Below are positions 9,218 to 19,311 of a stretch of DNA of 62,493 bases, piece after piece. The notes below the pieces were generated by a model. The model was not told the DNA's origin. It saw only the letters and a list, made by a program, of their open reading frames with translations, and did no database searches. Location: IMG/VR virus record IMGVR_UViG_3300044617_002031, positions 1 to 62,493 of that record; one strand, written 5' to 3'. The stretch's first letter is position 1, and every line of letters begins with the position of its first letter. A program made the position numbers and the translations under genes. This DNA is from a virus. Lineage: Duplodnaviria; Caudoviricetes.

Positions 9218-10972
9218 TTATTTATGATTTTTCTTTTTCAAATCTTCCTTCATTTGTTTTTCTGTTTGTTTGAGTGACTTTAGAATTTCTTCTTGTTCTT
9301 TTTTCTCCTGAATTTCAAATTCTTTTTTGCGTATTCTGGATTTTTGAATGTTATCGGGCGTTACATCGTCAACATATTTAATCGTTTTAGAATCAATATC
9401 CAAATGATATCTATTCATTAACATTGCGGCTTCACGATAGGATTCTTCTATACCGTCAAAAATTTCCCCCCATCCTTTGCTGTAAAAATCAGAGAGACTT
9501 TGACTAACCTCGTCAAATATTTTATCTCTCTCACTGGTTATCTGTGACAATTCTTTTTTTTCTAAATCCTTTAAGTAATTCAACCCTTTTTTTCTTGACT
9601 TCATTTTCCCTAGTCTTTCTATAGACTCTTTTTTTGCCACCTCTCGTAAGCTAGTGTCCACATCATCCATACTTTTCTTGAATTTTTTAAACTGATCGCC
9701 ATGAGTTAGATTTTGTATGTGTTTTTCTTTTGCCTCTAGTTTTTTGTAAACTGAATTAATTTTTTCCACTACAGGATTAAATTCGGTTTTAGGATCACGT
9801 TCTATAGCTCTAATTACATTACGAAGTTCTTCTTTTGCTAAGGAAATGTGAGATATAGCCATCTGTCCAGTACCTTCGGTCAACTTATAATACAGAAGAC
9901 TCATTTTATTGGTATCAGAGGCAGCTTCAAATGTTTGCCCTATAACTGTTGATATCGACATAGGGCCTAACTTCTCTTGTTCTTTTAATACATCAGGATT
10001 AACGAAACGTAACCATCCATCTTTTACTTCTTCGACACTTACAGAAGCAAGATCCTTGGCTTTTTTAGCTCGAACAGTCTTGAATCCCATTACAGCCGTT
10101 CCGCCCGTTAAAGCACCAACAGCAAGCCCAATTCCCAGTCTAGCAACAGGATTATCAACTTCTAATTTATCCATTGCTTTATCCGCAGCAAATACCCCCG
10201 CTTCACCCGCAGCAAAGGCAATCAATGATTCCGTCAAAGAAAAAGCCGCACCTGCAAAAATCGCTTCTGGAATAATCGTAATACCGAGTCCTATAGCAAT
10301 TGGAACGGATGCAGCAATAACCTTCTGAGCAAGTGACTCAACTGACGCAGGTTCTTCTTTTTCATAAACTTCGGGACTACCTAAAGCATCTTCATAAGCC
10401 TTGTATTTAGCAACCTGTAGCTCCAAACGTTGTTGCAAATTATCACCAGGGGGAAGATTACCGTGCTTACGAATAGCCTGAGCCATTGCACCCCCGTCAT
10501 CCCCATATTCCTTAATTAAATCCTGATTAAATTTATTAATGTAGCTATCTAGTTTCTTAGTAAATTCAGGATTAACCTTTGCGGCTTCAGCTAATCGTTT
10601 AATTGCTTGCGCTCCGGTTTGACCCACTTCTAATCCCGCCCGTCTACGGAAATCCTTGTCTGTCAGCAATTTCTTCAGCATCTCAACAGAAACTTCACCC
10701 CCTTCCAATAACAGGGAAGTGACTTTTTTTGTATCTGAAATTGCTTGACCTACTTTTTCCTGCACCGTTGGGGGTTGCCCTGGTGTTGAGGTTTCTGATG
10801 TTGCTGATGAAGTCCCTTTCTTGGCAAACTTCCCACTTCCATCCCGAACTACGGTATCGGTATTCTTTAGCCAATCCGCCTTATATTCTTTCGTCCCTTC
10901 TGCTGCAATTCGGATTCGCAACAGTTGAGCATGGGCTTGTAGCAATTCACATAATCTAGCTGTGTCTGACAT
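9218..10972 (-). CDS. Cargo family member 3; helical/coiled-coil C-terminus
   Basis: Family leader and core; first ~175 aa nearly identical to member 5. Confidence 0.8.
   Translation of the reverse strand: MSDTARLCELLQAHAQLLRIRIAAEGTKEYKADWLKNTDTVVRDGSGKFAKKGTSSATSETSTPGQPPTVQEKVGQAISDTKKVTSLLLEGGEVSVEMLKKLLTDKDFRRRAGLEVGQTGAQAIKRLAEAAKVNPEFTKKLDSYINKFNQDLIKEYGDDGGAMAQAIRKHGNLPPGDNLQQRLELQVAKYKAYEDALGSPEVYEKEEPASVESLAQKVIAASVPIAIGLGITIIPEAIFAGAAFSLTESLIAFAAGEAGVFAADKAMDKLEVDNPVARLGIGLAVGALTGGTAVMGFKTVRAKKAKDLASVSVEEVKDGWLRFVNPDVLKEQEKLGPMSISTVIGQTFEAASDTNKMSLLYYKLTEGTGQMAISHISLAKEELRNVIRAIERDPKTEFNPVVEKINSVYKKLEAKEKHIQNLTHGDQFKKFKKSMDDVDTSLREVAKKESIERLGKMKSRKKGLNYLKDLEKKELSQITSERDKIFDEVSQSLSDFYSKGWGEIFDGIEESYREAAMLMNRYHLDIDSKTIKYVDDVTPDNIQKSRIRKKEFEIQEKKEQEEILKSLKQTEKQMKEDLKKKNHK
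10445..10972. repeat. ~530-bp direct repeat shared with 14376-14903
   Basis: Near-identical DNA at constant offset 3931. Confidence 0.95.
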
Positions 10973-10976
10973 TTGT

Positions 10977-13304
10977 TTAAACCTTTGTTTTGGAAATAAA
11001 ATTTAACTTGCTTTGTTCAGTCGAGATTCGCTGAACATTACCCTCCTCCTTAACCATCTTCTCCTCAGATTGGGAGAGGATTTTTTTATAGTTATTGGGT
11101 AACTCGACCTCAGACCGAAACACCATAACTTTACTAACAAAATCAAATTGGTTTTCTGCCCCGATCGCACTCCTAATCTTCGGCATCAACCATCCCAACT
11201 TATCCCTCAATTGAGGATACTTAACTTGATAAGGTTTAGGCGCAACATCAATCACCGTCCCAAAAGCCCGATTCTGAACACAGGTTTTACCCCGATTCAA
11301 AATAATAATTGTATTGTCTTGGGGAACCGCGATCGCATCATAACCCAACAAACTAGCCAACCGACCCGGATCTTCCAACACTAACTTAATATCTTTAGGA
11401 ATATCTTTTTCCTTAAAGTGCTTCATCAACGACTCATGGTAAGTCGTCAACTTCTCAAGAGTAATATTTTTAGCATCCTGAGCTAAACTCATTCGCATCA
11501 CACAAGACCCTAAAAACACTCGGTCTACCGCTAAAAAGATGCTTCTCTCTTTGTAGTAATTGATAGATGCTCCCGCCGATGCAGCAACTTCCGGTTTCCC
11601 TTTCCCTACTACCCCATAACAACCATTCCCAAATATTCCAGCATCCGTAATAAAGAAGCCATTTTTATATTGTTCAAACAATTCAATTCCCGTATATTCG
11701 GTTTGACTCCGTTTTCTGGGATTGAACCAATTCTTAAACCCTTTTAATATTTCAGTTTCCTTAGACTTTATCCTTTGATCTAATTCTTCCTGAGAAACAA
11801 TCGTTGGCAACTCATTGAGTCCCATGATCCGATTCATGGCATCCTGCAAGTAATCACTCTGCTTGAAAAACTTAGAGTCAACGTTTTCATCTTCCTTGGA
11901 TAGAAGTTGGGAAAATTCGTTAATCTCTTTGCTGAATTTTAATAATTTATTCTGGTCTAACTTTTCAAAGAAAGGAACAATTTTATCTTTTTCTGGATTA
12001 AAGGACTTAAATTGATCTAATAAATCTTTGTATTTTTTAGCGACATCCTTAGCAAACAAATTCAGGGTTTCATTTAATCCGAATACCTGTGACTTGTATT
12101 CATCAATTTTCTCGTAAATCTCCAATTCCAAATCACTCAAAAATTCCTCGAACTGCTTAACTTGCTTCTCCTGACGGGATACCTGTTGGTTAACCCGCTC
12201 CCGCATCTTTTGGTTAGCTTGAGCGATCGCAATTCTTTTCTCTGTCTCCTCAGATTCCTTCTGATCCTGTTCAGTAATAATCCGTTGAGCTTCCTTTTTT
12301 AAGTCCTCATGGGATTGTTTGGCTACCTTTTTGGCATTGGCGGGAACAGGAATGGGGGCTTCTACCTGAGTGAGACTGGAAATATCATTACGAATTTGAC
12401 CAAATAAGGAAGGGTCTAACCCTAGTATTTTCCCCATCTTTTGATCGGACAAAGTTTTATCTTTATCGGTAAAATCCTTACTCAATTTGACATTGCCAAC
12501 ATGGGCAACAATTCCCCCCGCCAGAAATCCCACCACTAATTTAGAAGCATCCCGTACTGTTGGGTCTGATACCTGCACTACTTCACTGGACTCATGTTCG
12601 AGGGTATCAACTGCTTCCGCAATTACAGACGAGTCCACAATCCCATCCCACCGAACCCCCTTTTCATAAATCAAGGGAATTAGGGTTTCGGGGGGAAGTG
12701 CGATCGCTAATCCAACACCAACAGGAACAGCAGAAGCCATTGTTTGACCAAGTAGCCGTTGCTTGTTTTCATAAAATTCAGATTGTTGAATTGCTTGGCA
12801 ATAGGCGTAATAACGTGCGATCGCAAATTCAAGTTTTTGGTCTAACGGTGCGGTAGTAGGTAATACGACAACTCCCTTACGAATAGCTTGAGCAATAGGA
12901 TTAGTAGTATCCCCGTATTGGTCAGACAATTCCTTAGTTTCTATATCCAACCAATCATCAAACGCTTGAGTTAGCTCAGGGTTATCGCCTACCGACAACA
13001 TAACCCGTTTGATTAATTTCGCCATCGGTTGATTTTCTTCTAATTTGCAGCGATCGCAGAACATCGGGTCAGCAACCAATTTCCGCAACGATTCAGTAGT
13101 AATTTCTTCCCCTTGTTGAATCAGGGTATCGAAATCGTTAACCTGTTGCATCTGGGCTTGTTGCTGTTGTTGTATCTGCGCTTGCTGCGGGTCAACAGGT
13201 GGCATTCCTGGTTGTGGGGGTGCGGGGGGTGGTGGCATCATCGCGTTCGCCAGTATTAACAGGTGCGATTGGAATTTAGCGATTAATAGGAGTTGTTCGT
13301 TCAT
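10977..13304 (-). CDS. Cargo family member 4 (divergent leader); C-terminal ADP-ribosyltransferase-like domain
   Basis: Core QYGDTTNPIAQAIRK...KLEF...ASAVPVG; C-terminal LPTIVS, GIFGNGCY, DPGRLASLLGYDAI, IIILNR, as recalled from phage-head-associated ART-like domains. Confidence 0.65.
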   Translation of the reverse strand: MNEQLLLIAKFQSHLLILANAMMPPPPAPPQPGMPPVDPQQAQIQQQQQAQMQQVNDFDTLIQQGEEITTESLRKLVADPMFCDRCKLEENQPMAKLIKRVMLSVGDNPELTQAFDDWLDIETKELSDQYGDTTNPIAQAIRKGVVVLPTTAPLDQKLEFAIARYYAYCQAIQQSEFYENKQRLLGQTMASAVPVGVGLAIALPPETLIPLIYEKGVRWDGIVDSSVIAEAVDTLEHESSEVVQVSDPTVRDASKLVVGFLAGGIVAHVGNVKLSKDFTDKDKTLSDQKMGKILGLDPSLFGQIRNDISSLTQVEAPIPVPANAKKVAKQSHEDLKKEAQRIITEQDQKESEETEKRIAIAQANQKMRERVNQQVSRQEKQVKQFEEFLSDLELEIYEKIDEYKSQVFGLNETLNLFAKDVAKKYKDLLDQFKSFNPEKDKIVPFFEKLDQNKLLKFSKEINEFSQLLSKEDENVDSKFFKQSDYLQDAMNRIMGLNELPTIVSQEELDQRIKSKETEILKGFKNWFNPRKRSQTEYTGIELFEQYKNGFFITDAGIFGNGCYGVVGKGKPEVAASAGASINYYKERSIFLAVDRVFLGSCVMRMSLAQDAKNITLEKLTTYHESLMKHFKEKDIPKDIKLVLEDPGRLASLLGYDAIAVPQDNTIIILNRGKTCVQNRAFGTVIDVAPKPYQVKYPQLRDKLGWLMPKIRSAIGAENQFDFVSKVMVFRSEVELPNNYKKILSQSEEKMVKEEGNVQRISTEQSKLNFISKTKV

Positions 13305-13307
13305 AAT

Positions 13308-14903
13308 TTAAAGTCCCAAGGTTTTATTAAATGCTTCATTAAGTTGTTCGTTAAATTGCTGATTTCGTTTTGTGCGTTCTAACCCCACAACTTCATCGCT
13401 ATATTTTATAGATTTAGAGTCAATATCTAAGTGATATCTATTTAAAGTCATTGCTGATTCACGGTAAGTATCTTCTAATTCTTTATATAAATCACCCCAT
13501 CCTTTATAATATTCTGATATTTCACTTTTTGCTTTCTTCGCAAACTCATTATCTATTTCTCCCAAAGAAATAGCTTTATTTAATTTTTCTAAATCTTTTG
13601 TATCTGAACTCCAACTATTAAATGCGTCAATCCAATCATCGTTAGTTTTTTTAGCTCCCTGATAAAGATCGGTTGTAATATTAGTTAGCCTATCTTTTTT
13701 TTCGGTTAGTTTTTTTATAGTTGCTTCAATTTTGGGTGCAGCAGAGCTAAAGCGGAGAGAATATTCACCCGGATTCTTTGATAAAGTTTTGATTTCATTA
13801 AGATTGGATTCTAATCCCTTTATCGTATTCTCAATATCTTCTATTTGCCTGGAATAAGCTGCCATACCATTCTCTATCTCGTAAGATAATTTTCTGGCGC
13901 TATGTATGCTTTTTCTGTCAAGGTTGTAAAAATCACTATCTATATCCACAAAAGCCTTGAAAAACTTAGTATTTTCGGTGGCAATATCTTTAGCTTTTTT
14001 AATCCGTTTAAATTGAAAAATTGCAGCAGGAGTTCCCCCCGCCAAAGCTCCTACAGCGAGACTTATACCCAATTTAGCCATAGGATCGATATCTAATTTG
14101 TCTACCGCTTTACTAGCAGCCCAACTAGCAGCTTCACCCGTAGCAGCAGCAATTAGGCATTCTGTCAAAGAAAACGCTGCACCTGCAAAAATTATTTCCG
14201 GTGCGATCGCAGCACCAATACTAATAGCTAAAGGAATAGCCGCAGATATAAGTTGTTGTTGTACTGACTGAACGGGTTTAGGATCTTCCTTTTCGTAAAC
14301 TTCAGGACTTTCTAGGGCATCTTCTAAAGCCTTGTATTTAGCGACATGAAGTTCCAATCTTTCTTTGAGATCCTTACCAGGGGGAAGATTACCGTGCTTA
14401 CGAATAGCCTGAGCCATTGCGCCCCCGTCATCCCCATATTCCTTAATTAAATCCTGATTAAATTTATTAATATAACTATCTAATTTTTTAGTAAATTCAG
14501 GATTAACTTTTGCGGCTTCAGCTAATCGTTTAATTGCTTGCGCTCCGGTTTGACCCACTTCTAATCCCGCCCGTCTACGGAAATCCTTGTCTGTCAGCAA
14601 TTTCTTCAGCATCTCAACAGAAACTTCACCCCCTTCCAATAACAGGGAAGTGACTTTTTTTGTATCTGAAATTGCTTGACCTACTTTTTCCTGCACCGTT
14701 GGGGGTTGCCCTGGTGTTGGGGTTTCTGATGTTGCTGATGAAGTCCCTTTCTTGGCAAACTTCCCACTCCCATCCCGAACTACGGTATCGGTATTCTTTA
14801 GCCAATCCGCCTTATATTCTTTCGTCCCTTCTGCTGCAATTCGGACTCGCAGTAATTGAGCTTGGGCTTGTAATAATTCACATAATCTGGCTGTATCTGA
14901 CAT
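13308..14903 (-). CDS. Cargo family member 5; paralog of member 3
   Basis: Same leader and core; shared distal motif Y.KGWG...YRE.AM..NRYHLDIDSK.IKY. Confidence 0.8.
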   Translation of the reverse strand: MSDTARLCELLQAQAQLLRVRIAAEGTKEYKADWLKNTDTVVRDGSGKFAKKGTSSATSETPTPGQPPTVQEKVGQAISDTKKVTSLLLEGGEVSVEMLKKLLTDKDFRRRAGLEVGQTGAQAIKRLAEAAKVNPEFTKKLDSYINKFNQDLIKEYGDDGGAMAQAIRKHGNLPPGKDLKERLELHVAKYKALEDALESPEVYEKEDPKPVQSVQQQLISAAIPLAISIGAAIAPEIIFAGAAFSLTECLIAAATGEAASWAASKAVDKLDIDPMAKLGISLAVGALAGGTPAAIFQFKRIKKAKDIATENTKFFKAFVDIDSDFYNLDRKSIHSARKLSYEIENGMAAYSRQIEDIENTIKGLESNLNEIKTLSKNPGEYSLRFSSAAPKIEATIKKLTEKKDRLTNITTDLYQGAKKTNDDWIDAFNSWSSDTKDLEKLNKAISLGEIDNEFAKKAKSEISEYYKGWGDLYKELEDTYRESAMTLNRYHLDIDSKSIKYSDEVVGLERTKRNQQFNEQLNEAFNKTLGL

Positions 14904-14905
14904 TT

Positions 14906-15784
14906 TTATACTCCATGATTGATTCGAGAAATTTCTTTTAACATTTCCTGTATAGTTTTTACCGAGTCATTCCACGCTGCGGTGATTAGTTGTTGTTTTT
15001 GGAGTTGATTTGGAGTTAGAGTTGTTTTTAATTCATCGGCTAACGATAAATACATTTTATCAAACTCTCGAATAACATCATCTAGCTCAGCTTTAGACAG
15101 TTTGTTTAAATCAGAAGGCAACTGCTGAACGAGATGTCCAAAACTATCGGAAAACATTTTGTTGTATTTCAGCGCAGGAACCGCAACTTCCTCAACAACC
15201 CCACTGCTATATCGAGCATAAACAACAGTTTTTGCTAAATTTGCTGATATAGCTGCGATCGCAATTTCCGACAACAAATAAGTTAACAATGCCCAAAACA
15301 GAAATTCTGCAACCTCACCCGGATGGGATTTAACGTAATCCGTTGCAACCTTAGCGGTATTAGCAATATTTCCAACTGGATCTTTAATAAAATCAGTAAA
15401 CAGGTTAACCATGTCATCAGTGAACTTTCCGCTATCTGGGCCAAATACCTTACGGATCATATCCCCTAACGCGGTCTTTTTGGGTTCAACCTGTAACCAA
15501 AATTGATTGTTGAGTTTCTTCTTTTCTGTTGGGGTTAAATTATCAACCCAGGATTGAATTGTCGCAAAAGCATTAGTAGTAATTGATTGTCGAGGAGTTG
15601 ATTCAGTAGGAGTTTCCGCCCCTTTTTTAGCAAACTTCCCCGTCGCATCCCTCATCACCTTTTTGGCTTCCGACAACCAATCTGCTTCGTACTCTTTTAC
15701 CCCTGATTCCGCAAGAATTTGAATCCTCAATATTTGGGATTGCGCTTGCATGATTCGACATAAATAGGGAAGGTTTGTAGGCAT
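14906..15784 (-). CDS. Cargo family member 6 (short)
   Basis: MPTNLPYLCRIMQAQSQILRIQILAESGVKEYEADWL...RDATGKFAKKG; start moved from 15817 to match family leader length; one hydrophobic helix. Confidence 0.75.
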   Translation of the reverse strand: MPTNLPYLCRIMQAQSQILRIQILAESGVKEYEADWLSEAKKVMRDATGKFAKKGAETPTESTPRQSITTNAFATIQSWVDNLTPTEKKKLNNQFWLQVEPKKTALGDMIRKVFGPDSGKFTDDMVNLFTDFIKDPVGNIANTAKVATDYVKSHPGEVAEFLFWALLTYLLSEIAIAAISANLAKTVVYARYSSGVVEEVAVPALKYNKMFSDSFGHLVQQLPSDLNKLSKAELDDVIREFDKMYLSLADELKTTLTPNQLQKQQLITAAWNDSVKTIQEMLKEISRINHGV

Positions 15785-15823
15785 ATTAAAATTACTAACG
15801 CCAGGTTTCCCTGGCATTAGATT

Positions 15824-16288
15824 TTACTTTCCCGTCCACTTAATCAATGCTTCCAGTTGCTTATCACTCAACGATCTTTGAACAACAGACCAATCAAGAG
15901 GGCGCATCGCCTTTAATTCTTCAGCTAATTTAATTGGAATTAACCGAATTTGATTGTTGATTTCCTTGGGTTCAGAATCATTCAGCAACTTTAAAATAAT
16001 CTCTTGCTGTTCTGGTGTCGCAGTTAATATGCTTAAAGCAGGTTCCAATTCCAGAACATTTCCAGAGACAACCGCTTTACGTTCTACAACTGGATTCTCA
16101 GCTTGAGGAACATTGGGACTGTAGTATTCACAATAACCATTTGAAATCAACCAATCTGCAACGGATTGAGAATTAACAACGAGCATTCCAGTAACTCGCT
16201 GTACCCAACCGTAGTTCGGGATATAAACAGTAGTCTCATCAGAATTTCTCCATCGATCCGTGATGGATAAACCAAGAGTTTTAGGCAT
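15824..16288 (-). CDS. Capsid-operon protein (possible decoration or packaging helper)
   Basis: Follows the capsid gene; N-terminal 55 aa paralogous to the adjacent small ORF (RWR...YGWVQR...A.WL...GYC). Confidence 0.7.
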   Translation of the reverse strand: MPKTLGLSITDRWRNSDETTVYIPNYGWVQRVTGMLVVNSQSVADWLISNGYCEYYSPNVPQAENPVVERKAVVSGNVLELEPALSILTATPEQQEIILKLLNDSEPKEINNQIRLIPIKLAEELKAMRPLDWSVVQRSLSDKQLEALIKWTGK

Positions 16289-16297
16289 TTTTTTAAC

Positions 16298-16465
16298 TTA
16301 AATTGATCGACAGTATCCGTGCGATCGCAACCAATTTGCTGCACGGGAAGAATAGACAACAACTTTATTTCCACTTCTTTGTACCCAGCCGTAGCCAGGT
16401 ACAGGAAGATAGAACGGCCCAGCTTGTCGCCAACGGGGAGTTACAGCTAAAGAAATAGGAACCAT
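16298..16465 (-). CDS. 55-aa capsid-operon protein
   Basis: MVPISLAVTPRWR...; AAGGA RBS; paralog of the N-terminus of 15824-16288. Confidence 0.7.
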   Translation of the reverse strand: MVPISLAVTPRWRQAGPFYLPVPGYGWVQRSGNKVVVYSSRAANWLRSHGYCRSI

Positions 16466-16476
16466 AAAAATCCTTA

Positions 16477-17556
16477 TTAGATCATGGTCGGCGGTACAAT
16501 TGCTGTTCCAGGGGGTGCGGTGACACGCAAGCGGTAAACACACTGACCTCGGTTACGAATCCAAGGTGTACCATAAAGCAAGATCATCCGCTTGGCTAAT
16601 CCGGGTAAGCCATTGATAACGTAGGACAAGTCAAAGATTTGTGGGTCAAAAGTTCTTGCACCACCATGAGGATAAACCCCACGCCATTCAATCTTGGACA
16701 TATCGCAAATCCAATATTCAATCACGTCATTCGATGTCCCACCACCATACTGATCCTCAAGGAAAGGAGTAGGAACAATATCAACTTGATCGTTATTGGT
16801 CGTCAGAATCGACGGGACAATTACCCCCGGTGTAATCCGAGAAGTATTTTGCCACATCTGTAATCGGCGCATCTCATTCCCTAACAACCTCGCCCCAGCG
16901 CCAGAACAGAAAATCACGTTCGGCATAGAGATGAAGTTGGGGTTCATGGAAGCCCGAACACAAATTCTATCAATCTCATCGTGGAGAATGTCGGGCGGAT
17001 CAGTTGTTACATCTGCCGTAAATACATTTTCCGCAGGAATTTGAGCGCCCAAACCATTGAAAGACAGAGGATCAAGAGCAGCTTGACCTTGAAACAATTG
17101 GCGTTCGAGGAAGATCAAGGTTGCCTTGATCATGTCATCTGTTAGAGCAGCCTCTTGTTCCCCATAAATCCGTCCCTGTTGTTGGTACATGGACATCGCA
17201 AAGTGATCGATGTCAAAACTTGCCACGATCGCTTTAACTTCTTGCCCAGGGTCACTCAAGTCGGGAGCATAGGAACCGGGCGGGTTACTGGGGTTAGTAG
17301 TTAAGTTACCCCGGTTCGCAAAAGACACGGTTGGCCAGTTTAACCGACGAATCTCTTGGACAACGGGAGATTCCGCAGGATAACGATTATTTTTTAATCG
17401 ATCCCAAAATTTGGTTAACTTTTGGCGATAGTCATTAATTACAGGTAGGAAATCTTGGCGGATGATCATCCCCCCATTTAGCCCCGCACCCGCTTGTAAC
17501 AAATCCTTTTGGATAGTATCAATATCCTGAAACGAAAGCGAAAATTGATTAGACAT
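16477..17556 (-). CDS. Major capsid protein (HK97 fold)
   Basis: 359 aa after portal and protease; motifs LERQLFQG...DPLSFNGL and IVPTPFL typical of capsid proteins. Confidence 0.85.
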   Translation of the reverse strand: MSNQFSLSFQDIDTIQKDLLQAGAGLNGGMIIRQDFLPVINDYRQKLTKFWDRLKNNRYPAESPVVQEIRRLNWPTVSFANRGNLTTNPSNPPGSYAPDLSDPGQEVKAIVASFDIDHFAMSMYQQQGRIYGEQEAALTDDMIKATLIFLERQLFQGQAALDPLSFNGLGAQIPAENVFTADVTTDPPDILHDEIDRICVRASMNPNFISMPNVIFCSGAGARLLGNEMRRLQMWQNTSRITPGVIVPSILTTNNDQVDIVPTPFLEDQYGGGTSNDVIEYWICDMSKIEWRGVYPHGGARTFDPQIFDLSYVINGLPGLAKRMILLYGTPWIRNRGQCVYRLRVTAPPGTAIVPPTMI

Positions 17557-19226
17557 TAGTAAACACCTAGTTGATTTTTCAGGAAGGAAACCTCATCGGT
17601 CAAAGCAATTCGACCTGGGCCAGTAATGCCTTGTTCTTCCATTAAGGACAGTCTGGCTTCTGCTGCAATCAATTTCTTCTGAAGATCGTTGGGGCCAGGA
17701 GTTTGACCTTGAGCAGCGATCGCGGTTGGAGCCATAGAAATCGGGGGAACTGCGCGACGAGGATTGATTGCATCCTTAACTTTGGTGTCAATCACTTGGC
17801 CAATCTTTTCGAGGAACTCTTTTTGTGACATTTCTTCGTTTTCACGACGACGACTCGCTTCAATCTCAGCATCCTTTTCTCGCCGTTCGGCTTGAATCGT
17901 TTGCATAACTTGAGTCAATTCATCGATCCGCGAAGAATCGCGCTGAGAAGTTGCCGCGATCTGATTCAGGATCGTGTTCATCGTATTCAGTTGTGCTTCC
18001 ATTTCGGTGTTGCCCATAACCATAGCCTGTTCCTCGTTAGTGGATGAAGAAGCTGCAATTTGCGCTTCAAAATTAGTTTTTTGATAAGTGGCTCGATCTT
18101 TAAATAGAACGTTTGCACCCAATAATTCGAGGTCACGGATCTCGAAGACTTTGCGCCCACCTCTGTCAATTACTGCCCCGTTTGCCAAAGCGTTCATAGA
18201 CATTCCCAGATGTCTTTGATTCGCTAAAATCAAGCCCACCTTTTCTTTCTGACTCCACGGGAATAAGTGGCCGTGAACAACAAAGTTACTGCCTTGAATT
18301 TCCGCATTGGTCATCACCCCAGCAATATTGGGGTTGGAATGTTTAGAGAGGGTGTCATCAACATCAATAGGTAGTCCGCCCGATGATGCGATCGCTTGTA
18401 TTAAAGGTTCAGCAACAGTTCGGGAAATAAATAGGGGATAGTCCGACCCTTTAGATGGGGATGATTCAGAGGGTTCATCCATTCTGAACAGAATCCCAGT
18501 AAACGGGATTTTATTTGCCCTGCGTTCGGCTTCAACCTCAACCAAAGATTCATCTTCTTCTAAGGAGGCAGCGATCAGGCTTTCACAATCAATTCCCCAG
18601 TCAAAACTAAGATCAATTAATTGCTCCTGAGATTCCGCTTCAACTTGAACTGTCTCGGTTGAATCAAATTCAAACTCAGGAATTTCTATTGGGTCGGAGA
18701 TTGCGATCGCTTCTTCTGGTTCTTCGCTAGAAGATAAGTAATAAGGATCTACTGCGTAAGGCTCTAAGACGTGATCGGGATTATAAGCTCCGGGTTTTTC
18801 TGGTTTTGGAACAGTTGACATCTCTTGAGCTAGTCCCAACAGAATTTCATGCAAAGAACGAACTTCTGTTTGAATTTGCTCAGAGGGACTTTCGCTGTCG
18901 TCACAACACTGGATACACCAATGCGCTCGTTGCTTGAACAACGCCAAAGCACTATGCAAGCGCAACTTCCAACTTTCAGTGGCATACACATCTAAAAGTG
19001 GAGCCATCCCTCGCATTCCCGATGCCTCAACTTCCTCTACTTCTTCCTCCTCCAGAGCTTCCTGTAAGTCATCTTGAATCGACTCAGGAATTAACTTTTT
19101 TAAATCCTGAGCAGTGATGACATTAGAATCGGTCAAAATCGATCCAATCTCAGAAAATAGGGATTTCAGTCGGCTGGCATTGCGTTGAGAAAGAATCTTT
19201 CCTTCCGCTTGTAAAGTTTTTGACAT
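17556..19226 (-). CDS. Prohead protease-scaffold fusion
   Basis: Lies between portal and capsid; central domain with candidate His (LSKH) and Ser (LGMS); acidic N-terminus and coiled-coil C-terminus; ATG 19226 preferred because 19250 is inside a hairpin. Confidence 0.75.
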   Translation of the reverse strand: MSKTLQAEGKILSQRNASRLKSLFSEIGSILTDSNVITAQDLKKLIPESIQDDLQEALEEEEVEEVEASGMRGMAPLLDVYATESWKLRLHSALALFKQRAHWCIQCCDDSESPSEQIQTEVRSLHEILLGLAQEMSTVPKPEKPGAYNPDHVLEPYAVDPYYLSSSEEPEEAIAISDPIEIPEFEFDSTETVQVEAESQEQLIDLSFDWGIDCESLIAASLEEDESLVEVEAERRANKIPFTGILFRMDEPSESSPSKGSDYPLFISRTVAEPLIQAIASSGGLPIDVDDTLSKHSNPNIAGVMTNAEIQGSNFVVHGHLFPWSQKEKVGLILANQRHLGMSMNALANGAVIDRGGRKVFEIRDLELLGANVLFKDRATYQKTNFEAQIAASSSTNEEQAMVMGNTEMEAQLNTMNTILNQIAATSQRDSSRIDELTQVMQTIQAERREKDAEIEASRRRENEEMSQKEFLEKIGQVIDTKVKDAINPRRAVPPISMAPTAIAAQGQTPGPNDLQKKLIAAEARLSLMEEQGITGPGRIALTDEVSFLKNQLGVY

Positions 19227-19236
19227 ATTCAATGCA

Positions 19237-19277
19237 AAAAGCGGGGCCACTAAGATTAATTAGTAGCCCCGCTTTTT
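19237..19277. terminator. Hairpin between portal and protease genes
   Basis: aaaagcgggg.c.actaa...ttagt.g.ccccgctttt. Confidence 0.65.
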
Positions 19278-19311
19278 GGGATAAAGTTATTTGTGTTTAT
19301 TATATATCATT

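Noticed and set aside
4185-15784. Calling the cargo proteins MuF toxins or tape-measure fragments
   Set aside because: No MuF motifs (W...D..V...H, HPNCRC) were seen, a separate tape measure gene exists, and each gene has its own complete leader.
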